A stretch of DNA of 64,000 nt from Eledone cirrhosa (taxonomy: Eukaryota). Location: positions 53,382,001-53,446,000 of the forward strand of contig OZ024746.1 in assembly GCA_964016885.1 (NCBI GenBank), written 5' to 3'. The notes under the pieces are model-generated. The model worked only from the letters and a program-made list of their open reading frames with translations, made no database searches and had not been told where the DNA came from. A program made the translations under genes and the position numbers. Below are positions 14,651 to 27,499 of this stretch, in pieces (positions within the stretch are counted from its first letter, which is position 1; every line of letters begins with the position of its first letter).

Positions 14651-14744
14651 GTATGTATGTATGTATGTCTGGTTGTATCTATAAATATGTGTGTGAATAT
14701 ATCTATATCTAGGGTATATATCTATATCTAGGGTATCATAGTAA

Positions 14745-15072
14745 CCATGGCTTAGTGGTTAGAGCATTGGCCTTGCAATCGAAAGGTTGTGAGTTCAATT
14801 CTCAGACCGGGTGATGTGTTGATTCCTTGAGCAAGACACTTTATTTCACATTGCTCCAGTTTACTCAGCTGTAGAAATGAGATGATAGAACTGGGGTCCC
14901 TATCATTCCACTGCAAAGTGGTTGTGGAGGTGCCATGGCAAAAAAGCACCCAGCACTCACTGTAAATGAGGTTGGTGTTAGGAAGGGCATCCAGCTGTAG
15001 AAATCAAGCCAGAATCAGTTCCCGTCCCACCCTTGCAAGCAGGGAAAAGCGGACGTAAAATGATGATGATGA
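14745..15072 (+). mobile_element. tRNA-derived CORE-type SINE (family 2) with RTE-derived tail
   Basis: A box TGGCTTAGTGG, B box GAGTTCAATTC, CORE-like CCTTGAGCAAGACACTTT..TTTACTCAGCTGTAGAAATG, (GAT)n tail. Confidence 0.88.
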
Positions 15073-15234
15073 TATATACACACGCATACATACACACATA
15101 TACATTAATAACAATAATAATAATAATAACAACAATAATAATAACGACAACAACAACAATAATAATATACGTATACATACATATATATACACACACACAC
15201 ACACACAAACATATCTATACACATACACACGATA

Positions 15235-17318
15235 GCAACTAACAGCGCTGCGATCGAATGTGGGTTTTTAGCCCAGCCAATGATCTAAAATGTCTTGCAC
15301 AGAGTCGGCAACCAAAACATTCACTGGGAATAGCCGGCTGTGGTTGGAGTTCGTGTACTTTTGCATGTCGCTTGAGTCCTCCTGCTGATCTACATTCTCT
15401 ACCACATGTTTAGCAAGCATGATGAGTAGCATCTCCAACAGCAGCCTGGTAGTCAACCACTGGTTTTACTTTATGACTGCGAAGATGACTTTCGAGTCCA
15501 GCTTTGCTTAGGCAGAGTCTCCCACAGACGCTGCATGTCAGCACCATAGGAGGACCCTCGCCGTCTGGAAGTGCAACAGCAATGCCCTTCCTCACATCCC
15601 GCTTTACTTTCTCGTATGCAATTCGAGATGCCGCAAAGGCAACTTTTCCCTCATATACAGTCTTTCTCCATTTATTACGATCAGCAGCAATATTTTCCCA
15701 TGTATCAGCGGAGATGGTAGCGTCTTTCAAAGAGGCCTTCAAGGAGTCCTTATACCTTCTTTTTGGTTTATGTGGCGGTTGTTTTCCTTTAACCAACTCT
15801 CCTTAAAAGAGTTGTTTTGGCATTCTAGAATCCTTCATCGTGGCAAGGTGACCACTCCAACGGAGTCGTTGCTTAAGCACAAGAGCTTCTATACTGTCAC
15901 ACATAGAGCTTTCCAAAATCTTGACATCACTGATGTGGTTCCTCCAGTGAACGCCATGGATCCGTCTGAGACACATCTGATGGAAACGTTCCAATTGCTT
16001 AAGGTGGTGTCGATATGTGACCCAGGTCTCGCAGGCATAAAGAAGACAAGAGAGCACACATGCCTTGTACACCCTTACCTTTGTCCTCCTGCATATGTCT
16101 CGCCAACCCCAGAGTCGCCTTTCTAACTTTCCGAAAGCATTACTTGCTTTCCTAATCCTAAGTGAGATCTCACTGTCAAGGTTGCCATATCAATTGACAG
16201 TGCTTCCCAGGTAGACAAACTGATCAACCACTCCAAGTCGTTTACCATACACAACCAGGGGCAGGCTGGTACATGACGACGGGTTTCTTGAGACGGACAG
16301 TCAATCCTATGGCAGTGCAAGCGTCAGAAAATGCATTCAAAATGTGCTGCATATCACTGTGTGCGCTACAAGATCGCAATCATCTTCATACAAGAGGTCT
16401 CTTATGATTGATGTAAATACTTTTGTCTTTGCAGCAAAGCACCTGATGTTAAATATGCTGCCTGAGGTTTGATATCTGATGTAAACACCATGCCCGCAAT
16501 TCCTGAATGCAATACGGAAAACCATTGCAAAGTATATGGCAAACAGGGTCGGTGCTGGAATATATCCCTGTTTCACTCCATTTTTTACTGAGATAGGCTC
16601 CGACATGTTACCTCCGACATTAACCCAAGCCTTCATGTCATCATGGAAAGACCTAACTAAAGCAAGGAACTTATCAGGGCAACCAAGTTTCTGGAGAACC
16701 TTCCATAATGCATCTCTGTTGACAGTATCGAAAGCTTTTGTCAGATCGAGAAAAACCTGATACAGATCCAAGCCTTGTTCAATGCACTTCTCCTGGAGCT
16801 GTCTAGCTGAGAAGATCATATCAGTAATGCCGCGTCCAGCACGAAAACCAGATTGACTTTCAGGAAGAACACAATCTGCAATGTGTGTCAGCAGATGGTC
16901 CAGAAGCACCCTACATAAAACTTTCCCTACGACAGAAAGCAATGATATACCTCCGTAGTTCCCACAATCATTCCTGTTACCCTTTCCCTTGTACAAGACC
17001 ACCATTACTGCATCTCTCCAGTCCTCAGGTATGGATTCATTAGCCCATATCCCGCCAAACAAAGAGTGAAGATGTTGCAGGAGTCTCTCACCACCATATT
17101 GTAGGAGCTCAGCATGTATGACATCCATACCTGGAGACCTTCCACTGTTCAGCTTCGAGATAGCCACTGCAACCTCCACAAGCGTCGGAGGTTCTGCGAG
17201 AGCTACTTTCACAGGACTTTCTGGAATGAGATTGAGGTAATCTTCACTGACGACAGACGGCTGATTCAAAAGATCATCAAAGAGCTCTCGCCACCTTCGT
17301 AGAATTCCCTGTGAGTCA
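15235..17318 (-). mobile_element. RTE-clade LINE, subfamily E (BovB-like, C-terminal C2H2 finger), decayed and 5'-truncated
   Basis: ORFs 16337..17428, 15803..16072 and 15410..15796: NYGGISLLSVVGK, LPESQSGFRAGRG, FLDLTKAFDTV, GVKQG, LLYEDD, LRWSGHL, CSVCGRLCLSKAGLESHLRSH. Confidence 0.93.
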
Positions 17319-17704
17319 CATACATACATACATACATACATACATACACACAGATAGATACATGTTGTTGATAGATACATGCTGTTGGCTATGACAATGA
17401 ATGTTCCAGTTGCTTGTAAAATTAGCATGCAAGTGGCTGAGCATTCTACAGGTCCATGTAGACTTAATGCAATCCTAAGAAAGCTGAAATGGCTCTTCTA
17501 GCGCATCCCCCTCCTCCTCATCATCCTCTGCAGAAACGATTTCTCCATTCTATCTGCCAGGTCCATGGGGTGGCCAACACGTGGGACCACATTTGCTCAT
17601 AATAGTGAGGGATGGGGGAGGACTAGAGACAGAGGGCGATGACAGTGGGAGTTCAGCTCCTCTGTGTTTGGACCTGGTGTACATGTGTGTATATTTTTAC
17701 ACTG

Positions 17705-18032
17705 TCAACCATTCAAAGCCCCCTCCCTTCGGTCACAAATGATTGATTTGCATCTAGAAAGTATCCCCCTCTGAGGCACAAGTCTGGGCAAAGTTGTTTG
17801 TGGAAGACTAGCAGTCACCCATGCATCCCAGCCTCCTCTCTCCATGCCACTGATGATCTCCAAGGGAAAGGCTATGGCCGATACAGCTTGACACCAGTGA
17901 CTTCGCAACTCATTTCTACAGCTCAGTAAACTGGAGCAACATGGAATAAAGTGTCTTGCTGAAGGACACAACACCCGGTCCGAGAATCGAACTCACAACC
18001 TTTCAATTGCAAGCCCAATCCTCTAACCACTA
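17705..18032 (-). mobile_element. CORE-type tRNA SINE with an alternative tail
   Basis: Reverse complement has TAGTGGTTAGAG..GAGTTCGATTC..AGCAAGACACTTTATT..TTTACTGAGCTGTAGAAATG. Confidence 0.8.
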
Positions 18033-18478
18033 ACAGGAACCAATATGGATGATGAAATTGCTAAAAATGACAGCTAAATCTAACTAAACTCACAAGACTT
18101 ACAAATAGTAAAAAAAAAAAAAAAAAAAAGAGGAAAATGGATATCAAAAATGCTGCTTGATATATTTGGAGAATCAGAGTTGATTTTGAGCTAATCACCT
18201 TATGCATCAAAGAAACCAGCTTGTTTCTAGGCAAGTGAAGAGGCATGTATTATTTTTGTGTTGCCTGTGTCTTTTTGTGTCATATCTTTTTGTTCTTGTG
18301 CTAATTCTATCATTTGGAATGAAAATGCACAGAATTGGGCACACCAATTTACATAAGTATGATGAATTTCTTTTTCCTCAAATCTTTACAATTCAAAAAT
18401 AGTATTTAAATGAAACAAAAACAAGGGAATGAAGAAAAGGAAAAGAATATTTAAGCAAAAAAAGAAAGGGGGAGTGGG

Positions 18479-19379
18479 TAGGATGGACAGATTGAACACC
18501 CTAGTCTGGGCAGTAATTCAAAAGTGCCCTGGATGGACAGATTTGACACTACTCTGGGCAGTGATTCAGCAGTGCCCTGGATGGACAAATTTGACACCCT
18601 AGTCTGGGCAGTGATTCAGCAGTGCCCTGGATGGACAAATTTGACACCCTAGTCTGGGCAGTGATTCAGCAGTGCCCTGGATGGACAAATTTGACACCCT
18701 AGTCTGGGCAGTGATTCAGCAGTGCCCTGGATGGACAAATTTGACACCCTAGTCTGGGCAGTGATTCAGCAGCTCCCTGGATGGACAAATTTGACACCCT
18801 AGTCTGGGCAGTGATTCAGCAGTGCCCTGGATGGACAAATTTGACACCCTAGTCTGGGCAGTGATTCAGCAGTGCCCTGGATGGACAAATTTGACACCCT
18901 AGTCTGGGCAGTGATTCAGCAGTGCCCTGGATGGACAAATTTGACACCCTAGTCTGGGCAGTGATTCAGCAGTGCCCTGGATGGACAAATTTGACACCCT
19001 AGTCTGGGCAGTGATTCAGCAGCTCCCTGGATGGACAAATTTGACACCCTAGTCTGGGCAGTGATTCAGCAGTGCCCTGGATGGACAAATTTGACACCCT
19101 AGTCTGGGCAGTGATTCAGCAGTGCCCTGGATGGACAAATTTGACACCCTAGTCTGGGCAGTGATTCAGCAGTGCCCTGGATGGACAAATTTGACACCCT
19201 AGTCTGGGCAGTGATTCAGCAGCTCCCTGGATGGACAAATTTGACACCCTAGTCTGGGCAGTGATTCAGCAGCTCCCTGGATGGACAAATTTGACACCCT
19301 AGTCTGGGCAGTGATTCAGCAGTGCTCTGGATGGACAGATTTGACACCCCAGTCTGGGCAGTGATTAAGCTGTGCCCTG
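18479..19379. repeat. 50-bp minisatellite, ~18 copies
   Basis: Unit GGATGGACAAATTTGACACCCTAGTCTGGGCAGTGATTCAGCAGTGCCCT; period 50 (e.g. 18601 and 18651); terminal units degenerate. Confidence 0.97.
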
Positions 19380-19580
19380 CAGACAGAATGGCGTAGGTAT
19401 TGCCAAGAAGAATGGCCAGTGACATTTGCTGCAACTGTCACTCCACCTCATGGGACTCTTTCGTCAGGTGAGTTGCTGTCTTTCTGTTTTTGAGGAGGAA
19501 ATCAGCAGTGTGCAGACCAAGGACACCAGAGGTCTCAATGGCAACCAGTATGAAATGGAAGTGGTCGGTGAGTTGAAAGA
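19380..19580 (-). mobile_element. CRE-clade non-LTR element fragment (RLE domain C-terminus)
   Basis: Reads LTDHFHFILVAIETSGVLG..FL..QQMSLAILLGNTYAIL, matching the F.PVA.ET.G..G / QR.SLAIQRGNA..IL pattern. Confidence 0.65.
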
Positions 19581-19766
19581 GATGTTAGAATGTTGGATAG
19601 AATGATTTGTTCTAGCACTGTACATTTTTCAAATTCTACCAAGGTCAATTTGCATTTCAACCTTTTTCAGTTCTTGTGCTAATGCTCCCTTTATATGAAT
19701 GGATATACACAAACACATATGTATATAATGGTGAGAGGTGTAATGCACATAAATATGTGTATGCAG

Positions 19767-20175
19767 GGCGGTGGATTGGCAGTATCGGTAGAGAGTCGGA
19801 AGCCATGCTTTCCAGCATAGTTACGTCCCTTTTTGATCTGAGTTCAAATCCCGCCGAGGTTGACTTTGCCTTTCATCCTTACGGGGTCGATAAAATAAAG
19901 TACCAGTATTGCACTGGGTAATTGCTGGCCTTGTGCCTAAAGTAAAAACAATTATTTCTATAGCTGGATTGGCAGAATCTGTAGAGTGTTGGACAACATG
20001 CTTTGTGGCATAGAGTTATGGCTTTTTATGTTCTGAATTCAAATCTAGCCAAGGTTAGCTTTGTCTTTCATCCTTATGAGGTTGATAAGTAAAGTACCAG
20101 TAAAGCACTGGGGTCGATTTAATCAACTTTCCTCTCCCCAAATTGATGGCCTTGTGTTTATAGCAGAAATACTAT
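19767..20175 (+). mobile_element. Two tandem SINE family 1 copies
   Basis: GGCGGTGGATTGGCAGTATCGGTAGAG..GAGTTCAAATCCCGCC..GCCTTTCATCCTTACGGGGTCGATAAAATAAAGTACC. Confidence 0.9.
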
Positions 20176-21275
20176 TTCTATAGCTGGATGCCCTTCCAAA
20201 CACCAACCACTTGATATAATCTACTGGAAGTATTTTATCTTGGCATCAAACTAAAGAGGTTGTCATGACCTCAACAAAACTGAAAAGTGTCCTATTTTAT
20301 TTCTCACCCTTCTATAGAGAAGTGAACCCCCTCTAACCTAAAATATCAATCAAATATTTTAGATTGACTGTAGTCCTGTCTACTCATCGTTGCCCTAAAA
20401 ATGCTTGGCATTGTACCAAATTAAGCAAAAACAAAACAAAACAAAAAATTATTATTACTATTATTATTATTATTATTATTATTGTTATATAGTATTGATG
20501 TTTTTACTTATACAAGAACCCTTCCTGCCAAATGAGAAGTATTCTTTTACTTTCTCCTATTAAGGTCCTTCCAGAGTGTTTATATCTATTTTGTGTCAAG
20601 GATTTATCATCATCATGGTAAACTGTTAGCAAGACAATGTAATGGCAAGAGAAGTAAATAAATATTTAATATTCTTCCTTCTCATTGAAAACCTTACAGA
20701 GAAATTAACTGTTTTTCATCATTGGAAGATGACTGGCCTTAGTAGCAATTATTTAGTGAAAGAAGGTTATCGGTCTCTTGGCCCAAATATAATTTGTGTA
20801 CTATGTGGAAATAACCGAAGGAGAAGGGTAGAGTGAGGTGAGGCTAAAGTGACAGTTATTTATTTGTCTGTGTCTGTATGTGTTTATTCATAGAGTTGTT
20901 TGTTAGCTTCTATACTCTTACTACTACATTGCACCACGTCCACATTGCTACAAAGCAATGGTATATTCTTACTAGACACTACTCTTAAGTGGACAAGATA
21001 CAAAACTTGTAGATAAGAAACTAGTCTGTATTATGGGTAGATTCCTTGCAAAATTCTAAAAGCAGTTTATAAATCAACATATCCTTGCAAGACATGGGTT
21101 GGAACCTGAGGCTTTGGAGCTATATAAGACTCTTTAGCATAGCTTAGTCAATCTGAAATTAAATCTGCAATCTTGCATTGCAATAAAAGACCCAGACATT
21201 TGAAGCACATTCAGATAAAATTCATAGCTGAACATTGCATGCAGTAAGAAAAAACATTAGCTAAATTCATACTCT

Positions 21276-21613
21276 GGAGGCACATGGCTCAGTGGTTAGA
21301 GCGTTGGCCTTGCGATCGAAAGGTTGTGAGTTCAATTCTCAGACCGGGTGATGTGTTGTTTCCTTGAGCAAGACACTTTATTTCACATTGCTCCAGTTTA
21401 CTCAGCTGTAGAAATGAGATGATAGGGACTGGGGTCCCTATCATTCCACTGCAAAGTTGTGGAGGTGCCACGGCAAAAAAGCACCCAGCACTCACTGTAA
21501 ATGAGGTTGGTGTTAGGAAGGGCATCCAGCTTTAGAAATCAAGCCAGAATCAGTCCCGTCCCACCCTTGCAGGCAGGGAAAAGCGGACGTAAAATGATGA
21601 TGATGATGATGAT
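21276..21613 (+). mobile_element. CORE-type SINE family 2, full length
   Basis: GGAGGCACATGGCTCAGTGGTTAGAGCG head, CORE-like block, RTE tail, (GAT)n. Confidence 0.9.
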
Positions 21614-22143
21614 ACTCATGTATGTATTTTTGTTTTAGGCACCTCTTAACCACTATACTCCCCATGCCCCTACAACCACCCTCCCACTTCTGTCCACACC
21701 ACCCTTACACTGTACAGTTATGTTGGTATCACAAAAACGAAAAAAAAAAAAAGCACCCAGCCCACACTGTAAATATAGTTGGTGTTAGGAAGAGGATCCA
21801 ACTGTAGAAATCTAGCCACAAACAGTCCTGTATGAGCAAGATACAGTCACTTGAACTAATTTGTCTCTAATGGGACAACCTGTCTAACTCATGCTGTGGG
21901 GAAAAATGGACATTAAATGATAATGATGATGATAATGAATAAATTATGGAGTTCTGATACTCTCAATTATTATTTTTCACTAAAAATGACACTTCAGATC
22001 GAAATAGTTCACCACCCCAGTTATAAAGGCATTCAAGATGGGTGGGTGGGTGGGATCTGTAAAATGCGAAGGGGAAACTTTCATAAAGACATAAAAGAAA
22101 ACTCCAAGTGCAACTGATTGCAATTAAATACCATTATTTTCAA

Positions 22144-22305
22144 GGGTCAGACGCCATGCTTTGACGCATAGAGTTACAGCCCTTGCCATTCTGAGTTCAA
22201 ATCCCGCCAAGGTTAACTTTGCCTTTCATCCTTACGGGGTCGATAAAATAAAGTACCAGTAATACACTGGGTAATTGCTGGCCTTGTGCCAAAGTAGAAA
22301 ATTAT
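22144..22305 (+). mobile_element. SINE family 1, 5'-truncated
   Basis: Conserved body. Confidence 0.85.
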
Positions 22306-22689
22306 TTTTAAAGTTTTATGGATTCTGCCTCATTGCAGATCTATAATGGTGACTAACTTAAATACAATTATTATTATATGTTGTTTTTAGCTAAACATGG
22401 CTCTTCAGATTGAAAAGGTGCCTGACCTCTCAAATGAACTCAGGGGACAGGAATTCAATACATCCATTCAGGTATCTCAATACCCCCCCCCCTCCCCCCA
22501 CACACATACATACATACATACACAAGTAAAAGACTATATTTTATGGTTGGCTGAGTGACAGTTTGATCTGAAATGTGTACATATAACTGGCAGTAACAAC
22601 AACAGCAACATGAATAATAAGAATATAAAGAGATAAGAAATACCATACAGTTGTGCTAGATGTTAAAATCCAATTTGTTTTAGTGTGAC

Positions 22690-22735
22690 ACTCACCTGAA
22701 AAAGATGAAAATACATTTGGTCTTAATGATGCAGT
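22690..22735 (-). promoter_or_regulatory. Candidate recursive splice site (3' splice site directly followed by 5' splice site)
   Basis: Minus strand TATTTTCATCTTTTTCAG|GTGAGT in apparently non-repetitive sequence. Confidence 0.35.
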
Positions 22736-23011
22736 AATATTTTGTTTTTTATTTAGGTACAAGGCCAGCAAGTTTTGTTTGATTGTTAGAAGAGGGGGAA
22801 CTTGATTAAATCAACCATTATTAGATTGATACTTTATTTTAGAGACCCCCAAAGGAATGAAAGGACCATAAGTAAATGATGCAAAGCATTTAGTCTGATG
22901 CTTTAATGATTCTGTCACTAAGGGTGATGGAATGATGCAGTAATGTTAAAATTATGATAGACCTTAGTTGCAAGGTCTGAATTCTGGTAAGACTGATTAT
23001 GTTTATTTTAA

Positions 23012-23528
23012 CCCTTTAGCATTTAAACCGACTGTATCCGGCCAGAATTCTCTCACCTCTCTCTGTTCAAACTGGCTGTAACCAGCTACTCATACTGATG
23101 TTAAGATATTGTTCTCAAAATAAATGATATCAAAATCTCGTAGATTTGATATACGAAAGATAATTATGTGAGGTAAATACAAAAGACCCAGCTTCCCACG
23201 GGCACAAGCCAAAGCTGAAGCATATAGAGAGTATGCCTCCATCCCACTTCCACTGTAAAGTGGTCATGTAGGTGTCACGGTAAAAAAAACACCCAGTACT
23301 CACTGTAAATAAGGCTGGTGTTAGGAAGGGCATCCAGCTGTAGAAATCAAGCCAGAATCAGTTCTGTATGAGCAAGACATGGTCACCTGACCTGGCATTG
23401 CCCACAACAGGACAACCCGTCTAACCTATACTAGCGTGAAAGAATGGACGTAAAACAGTGATCATGATGATGAATTATGTACCGTGAAAATATAATAGTA
23501 AATATAGAGTAATGTAAATGCTAAAGGG
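23012..23528 (+). mobile_element. piggyBac-type MITE (TTAA target duplication) carrying an inserted RTE-B 3'UTR at ~23178-23472
   Basis: TTAA|CCCTTTAGCATTT ... AAATGCTAAAGGG|TTAA. Confidence 0.85.
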
Positions 23529-24407
23529 TTAAAGTGTATAAATCTAAAACCCATCCATCATATTTCTGTGTAAAAACATTTGTTAAGGTATGTTCCAAAC
23601 ATCAGCTTAATAGTGTGAAAGCTAGTTATATTACTAAATAACTCCAAGTTCTTATTTTTAGAATGGTCTGGAAATCATAGGCAGCTTTTTCATTCGAGGT
23701 ATTGTAATAAAAGTGCTGTGGCAAGGTGGGGAGAGGGATTTTGTTCATTTCTCTGTGTGTGCATATGCATATATATACACACAAAATGGTCAGACATGAG
23801 GCTACGGTAGATGAAAACATTTGACAAAGGTGACATACAGTAAAATTGAATTTTGGACCACATGGTTATAGCAGATCAACCTTAACCATACAACCATGCC
23901 AGCCTATTTTTAGCTAATCTTTATTTCCACTTACAGTAGAGTATAACATTCTATGAAAATATTTTCATTGGTATTTGAGAATGCATATGATCAGTTTTGA
24001 GACCAATTATTTCATATAAGAAGCCAGCCATTTGTGAAAAGTATATATTATCATCTGCCTGTTGTAACTCCTGGCAGAAATGTCACTGCTTTTACAGTGA
24101 CAAGAGGCAGGATTTGAACTCTGAACTCACAGTAACATGCCACAAACCATCCTGTTCCACTAATCATTCTGCTAATCCACCATCTGTTGATTAGTACTTT
24201 ACTAACCTTGAAAGGATGAAAGGCAAAGTTGATTTTGAGCAGCATTTGAACATAGAGTACAAAAGGCTGGAACAAATGCTAAGGCATTTAATCTGATGCT
24301 CAACTAACTGCCAATTCATCACCTGCATCATCATGAAAGAAAGAAATTACAGCTCACACATATGTAGAAATAACTGGCTTCCTATGATGTGGCATCTCAT
24401 AAGATAA

Positions 24408-24716
24408 ATGTTCTCAAAACTTTGGGGGCCATCGCCCCCCTCATGGCCACATAATACCCTCAGCACACCCCAACCCTATTTCCAGAGAGACATGCCTACA
24501 TGCAAATTGTAAATTATACATAATATATAATAAAATTGTCAATTTATATATAATAATATATATTATGTATAAATAAATATATATAATATATATATCATTT
24601 GATATTTAATATACTATTATATCATATCTATGACTGTCCCAGCACCCACTTAGGCCCAAGAGCCCCCTGGACCTTCTCAATGCTTCCCTTAGGAGTGCCC
24701 ACTTTGAGAACCTCTG
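24408..24716. mobile_element. hAT (Charlie-like) MITE
   Basis: GTTCTCAAAAC..TTTGAGAACCTCTG; homologous to 35828-36343. Confidence 0.75.
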
Positions 24717-25629
24717 TAATAAGAGGTCAACAATTGAACTCATGACCTTAGGGTTGTGATCTCAACACTAACCACTAGGCTATGATGCACCTACATGCTT
24801 TATTATGAGATAATCATCAAAGATGCAGGAGTTATTGATATATTGGCAGATTTCATAACCTTGCTACTACCCCTGGTGGGTATATGATATATTTTATAAC
24901 ATAATATTGATATTGTTCCGTCTATGGAGATGATATCACACAGTGGTGTATGTATATTTCATGAGGTACTATGATATCGATGTTACACATAGACAATATG
25001 ACATGCAGTTATATGTGCATAGGTGTGTGTATGTAGGTGTGTACTTGTGTTTAGGCAGGTGTAGTGGTGCATAACGTTCTCTTACATATGATGCAGACAC
25101 ATAAATAGTAGATTAAAGTTGAAAGAGTGTGTGAGAAGAGTATGCATGATAAGAAATAGTGAGAATAAATCATAAGAAAGGATAAGGAAAGAGAAATGAG
25201 TAAGAGGAATGAGGTCAAACATTTTTCATAAATTAAAGATTTAGCCTTTAGCCATATAGGCAACGAGTTGGCAGAGTCGTTAGAATGTCTGATAGAATTC
25301 TTTGTGGTATTCGTTCCAGCTCTCTGCTCTCCGAGTTTAAATCCCACTAAGGTCAACGTTGCCTTTCATCCTTTCAAGGTTGATAAAAAAGTACCAGTTT
25401 AGTACTGGTGGTGGTGGGGGGGGGGGGGGGGATTCTTCCTCTATATCTCTTTCATTTCCTCTCACTGACTTTCTATCTTTCTCTTGAAGAAATCTGCTGA
25501 ACTCAGGCCTGGAGAGTGATGGGCTCTGCCAGGCTTAAAATGACCAAGAAATGATATATGTAAATACAGTGCTCCTATGATTATCAGGAGTCATGGGACC
25601 ATACATATATACATACATATGTTGCATCA

Positions 25630-25790
25630 CTTTCTCTGGTGCCTGCCTCATCACTTTGGCCATAAACCCAAGCATCACTGACTGCAATGCAGAGGAGTGG
25701 AAGATAATACCAAGGAATGACTGATCAGTTCATTTTTGTCCTGGTAACTATTGAGATCTCTAGTGGGCTTGGTCCCTGGGCTTCTGTAGA
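25630..25790 (+). mobile_element. Second degenerate CRE-clade RLE fragment
   Basis: ..AEEWK..YQGMTDQFIFVLVTIEISSGLGPWA resembles AE..K..KY..L...F.PVA.ET.G..GP.A. Confidence 0.5.
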
Positions 25791-25994
25791 GGAGTGAGAA
25801 TGGCAAACTACTTCCTGTTCTTTGTTGGAAATTAAAACGGGTGAAAATTCAAATTCCAGCAGAAAGTAGGGGATGCACTGTCCTGATGACGGCCAGAGCC
25901 AAATATGCATTGCCAGTTATCTCCTGCTACTTCTGCTGGAATCCACTAGATGCCGCTAGCCATCAGCTTTTCAATAATCATAGCTAGAAGGCTT

Positions 25995-26168
25995 TCAAAC
26001 ATGTAGCCTGCATGCTGCATTCGGCTCTTTACAAGCACACCTGTGGCCCACACAAACGTTTTTACAGCATGAGCATAATATAAAATAAAAAATATTAGTT
26101 GTAATGTGCGTAATTAGTTGTCATGTGTGGCCCTCAGACAATACATTTGACCCAATTGGTCCTTGTAC
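25995..26168 (-). mobile_element. Degenerate hAT MITE
   Basis: Reverse-complement similarity to 49688-49890. Confidence 0.6.
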
Positions 26169-26250
26169 AAAATTCACATACTTATATGTATATAGCTATG
26201 TCGATCGAGCAAAAACTTTAATTACACACACACACACATATACATATATA

Positions 26251-26625
26251 GAGAGGCACATGGTTTAGTGGTTAGAGCATTGGGCTTGCAATCAAAAGGT
26301 TGTGAGTTCAATTCTCAGACCGGGTGATGTGTTGTTTCCTTTATTTCACATTGCTCCAGTTTACTCAGCTGTAGAAATGAGATGATAGGACTGGGTTCCC
26401 TATCATTCCACTGCAGAGTGGTCGTGGAGGTGCCACGGCAAAAAAGCACCCAGCCCACACTGTAAAGTGGACGTGTAGGCGCCACAGAAAAAAAGCACCC
26501 AGCACTCACTGTAAATGAGGTTGGTGTTAAGAAGGGCATCCAGCTGTAGAAATCAAGCCAGAATCAGTTCCCATCCCACCCTTGCAAGCAGGGAAAAGCG
26601 GACATAAAAATGATGATGATGATGA
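26251..26625 (+). mobile_element. CORE-type SINE family 2
   Basis: As the 21276 copy, with a longer RTE-B-derived segment. Confidence 0.9.
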
Positions 26626-27499
26626 TATATATATATATATATATATATAACAATACTGTAAATACAATAACACTCACTCACACACAAACATATATATGGT
26701 TCTAAATGAATGTTTGTACAACTTACGTATTAATGATTTTATTATATACATATAGACATTTGTATATACACTCGTATACACATAAACACATACATATTGC
26801 ACATATGTGTTTCTAAATAAATATTTGTATAGGAAGGCATATATTAAGGATTTTACATAGATACACATTACACACATTACACACACATATGTATACTATA
26901 CACTGATGCATGTGCTATACACATACACACACTACATAGACATACATTGCCTAGCTAAAGGTTTACACTGTGGGACATTCCCATCAGGTGTTCATTAGAG
27001 TGAGATCAATGAGAGCCCAGCACTCCCTCTAGTGGCATCAAACAGCATGAAGTTTATAAGGGAATGTCTCATCTATCTATCTAGATATCTAGCTAGCTAG
27101 CTAGCTATCCATGTGTGTGTGCACACACATTAAAATTGAGATTAGGCATATATACTATATAGGAGGCAATCAGAGACAAAATGTAGTTTATATATAAGGT
27201 TGATGAGGAAAACACCCTAGGAAACATACATATATATGTCTTTTCTGTCTGAGTCCCTACTTAAATCAAGGACTCTTTTGATATTGTTTCTGTTCTCACT
27301 CCTTATATCCAGTGTTATTTTTATAACTGTTTATAAAGTGACCTGCCAGATTGCTGCCATTGCTCACTCTCCTCACCCCCTTTCCACTACCCTATCTGCC
27401 TAACACTTACCTTTCTATCTTCCTCCCTCTCTGGTTATCCTACTAGCTGAAAAGTAACTAGATAAGGTAATTGAAGTAAAGTAAGTGATAGAATCATCA

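Noticed and set aside
18479-19379. 50-bp and 56-bp arrays as CRISPR arrays
   Set aside because: Contiguous near-identical units with no unique spacers, no cas genes, eukaryotic context.
19455-19474. Plus-strand CAG|GTGAGT as a second recursive splice site
   Set aside because: Weak pyrimidine tract and located inside the CRE remnant.
21276-21350. tRNA genes
   Set aside because: A and B boxes belong to SINE heads; there is no complete acceptor stem and each is followed by a SINE body.
27404-27470. 36-nt minus-strand microexon (TTTTCAG ... AAG|GTAAGT)
   Set aside because: Stop codons in all three frames and adjacent to decayed TE sequence; a non-coding exon cannot be excluded but is unsupported.
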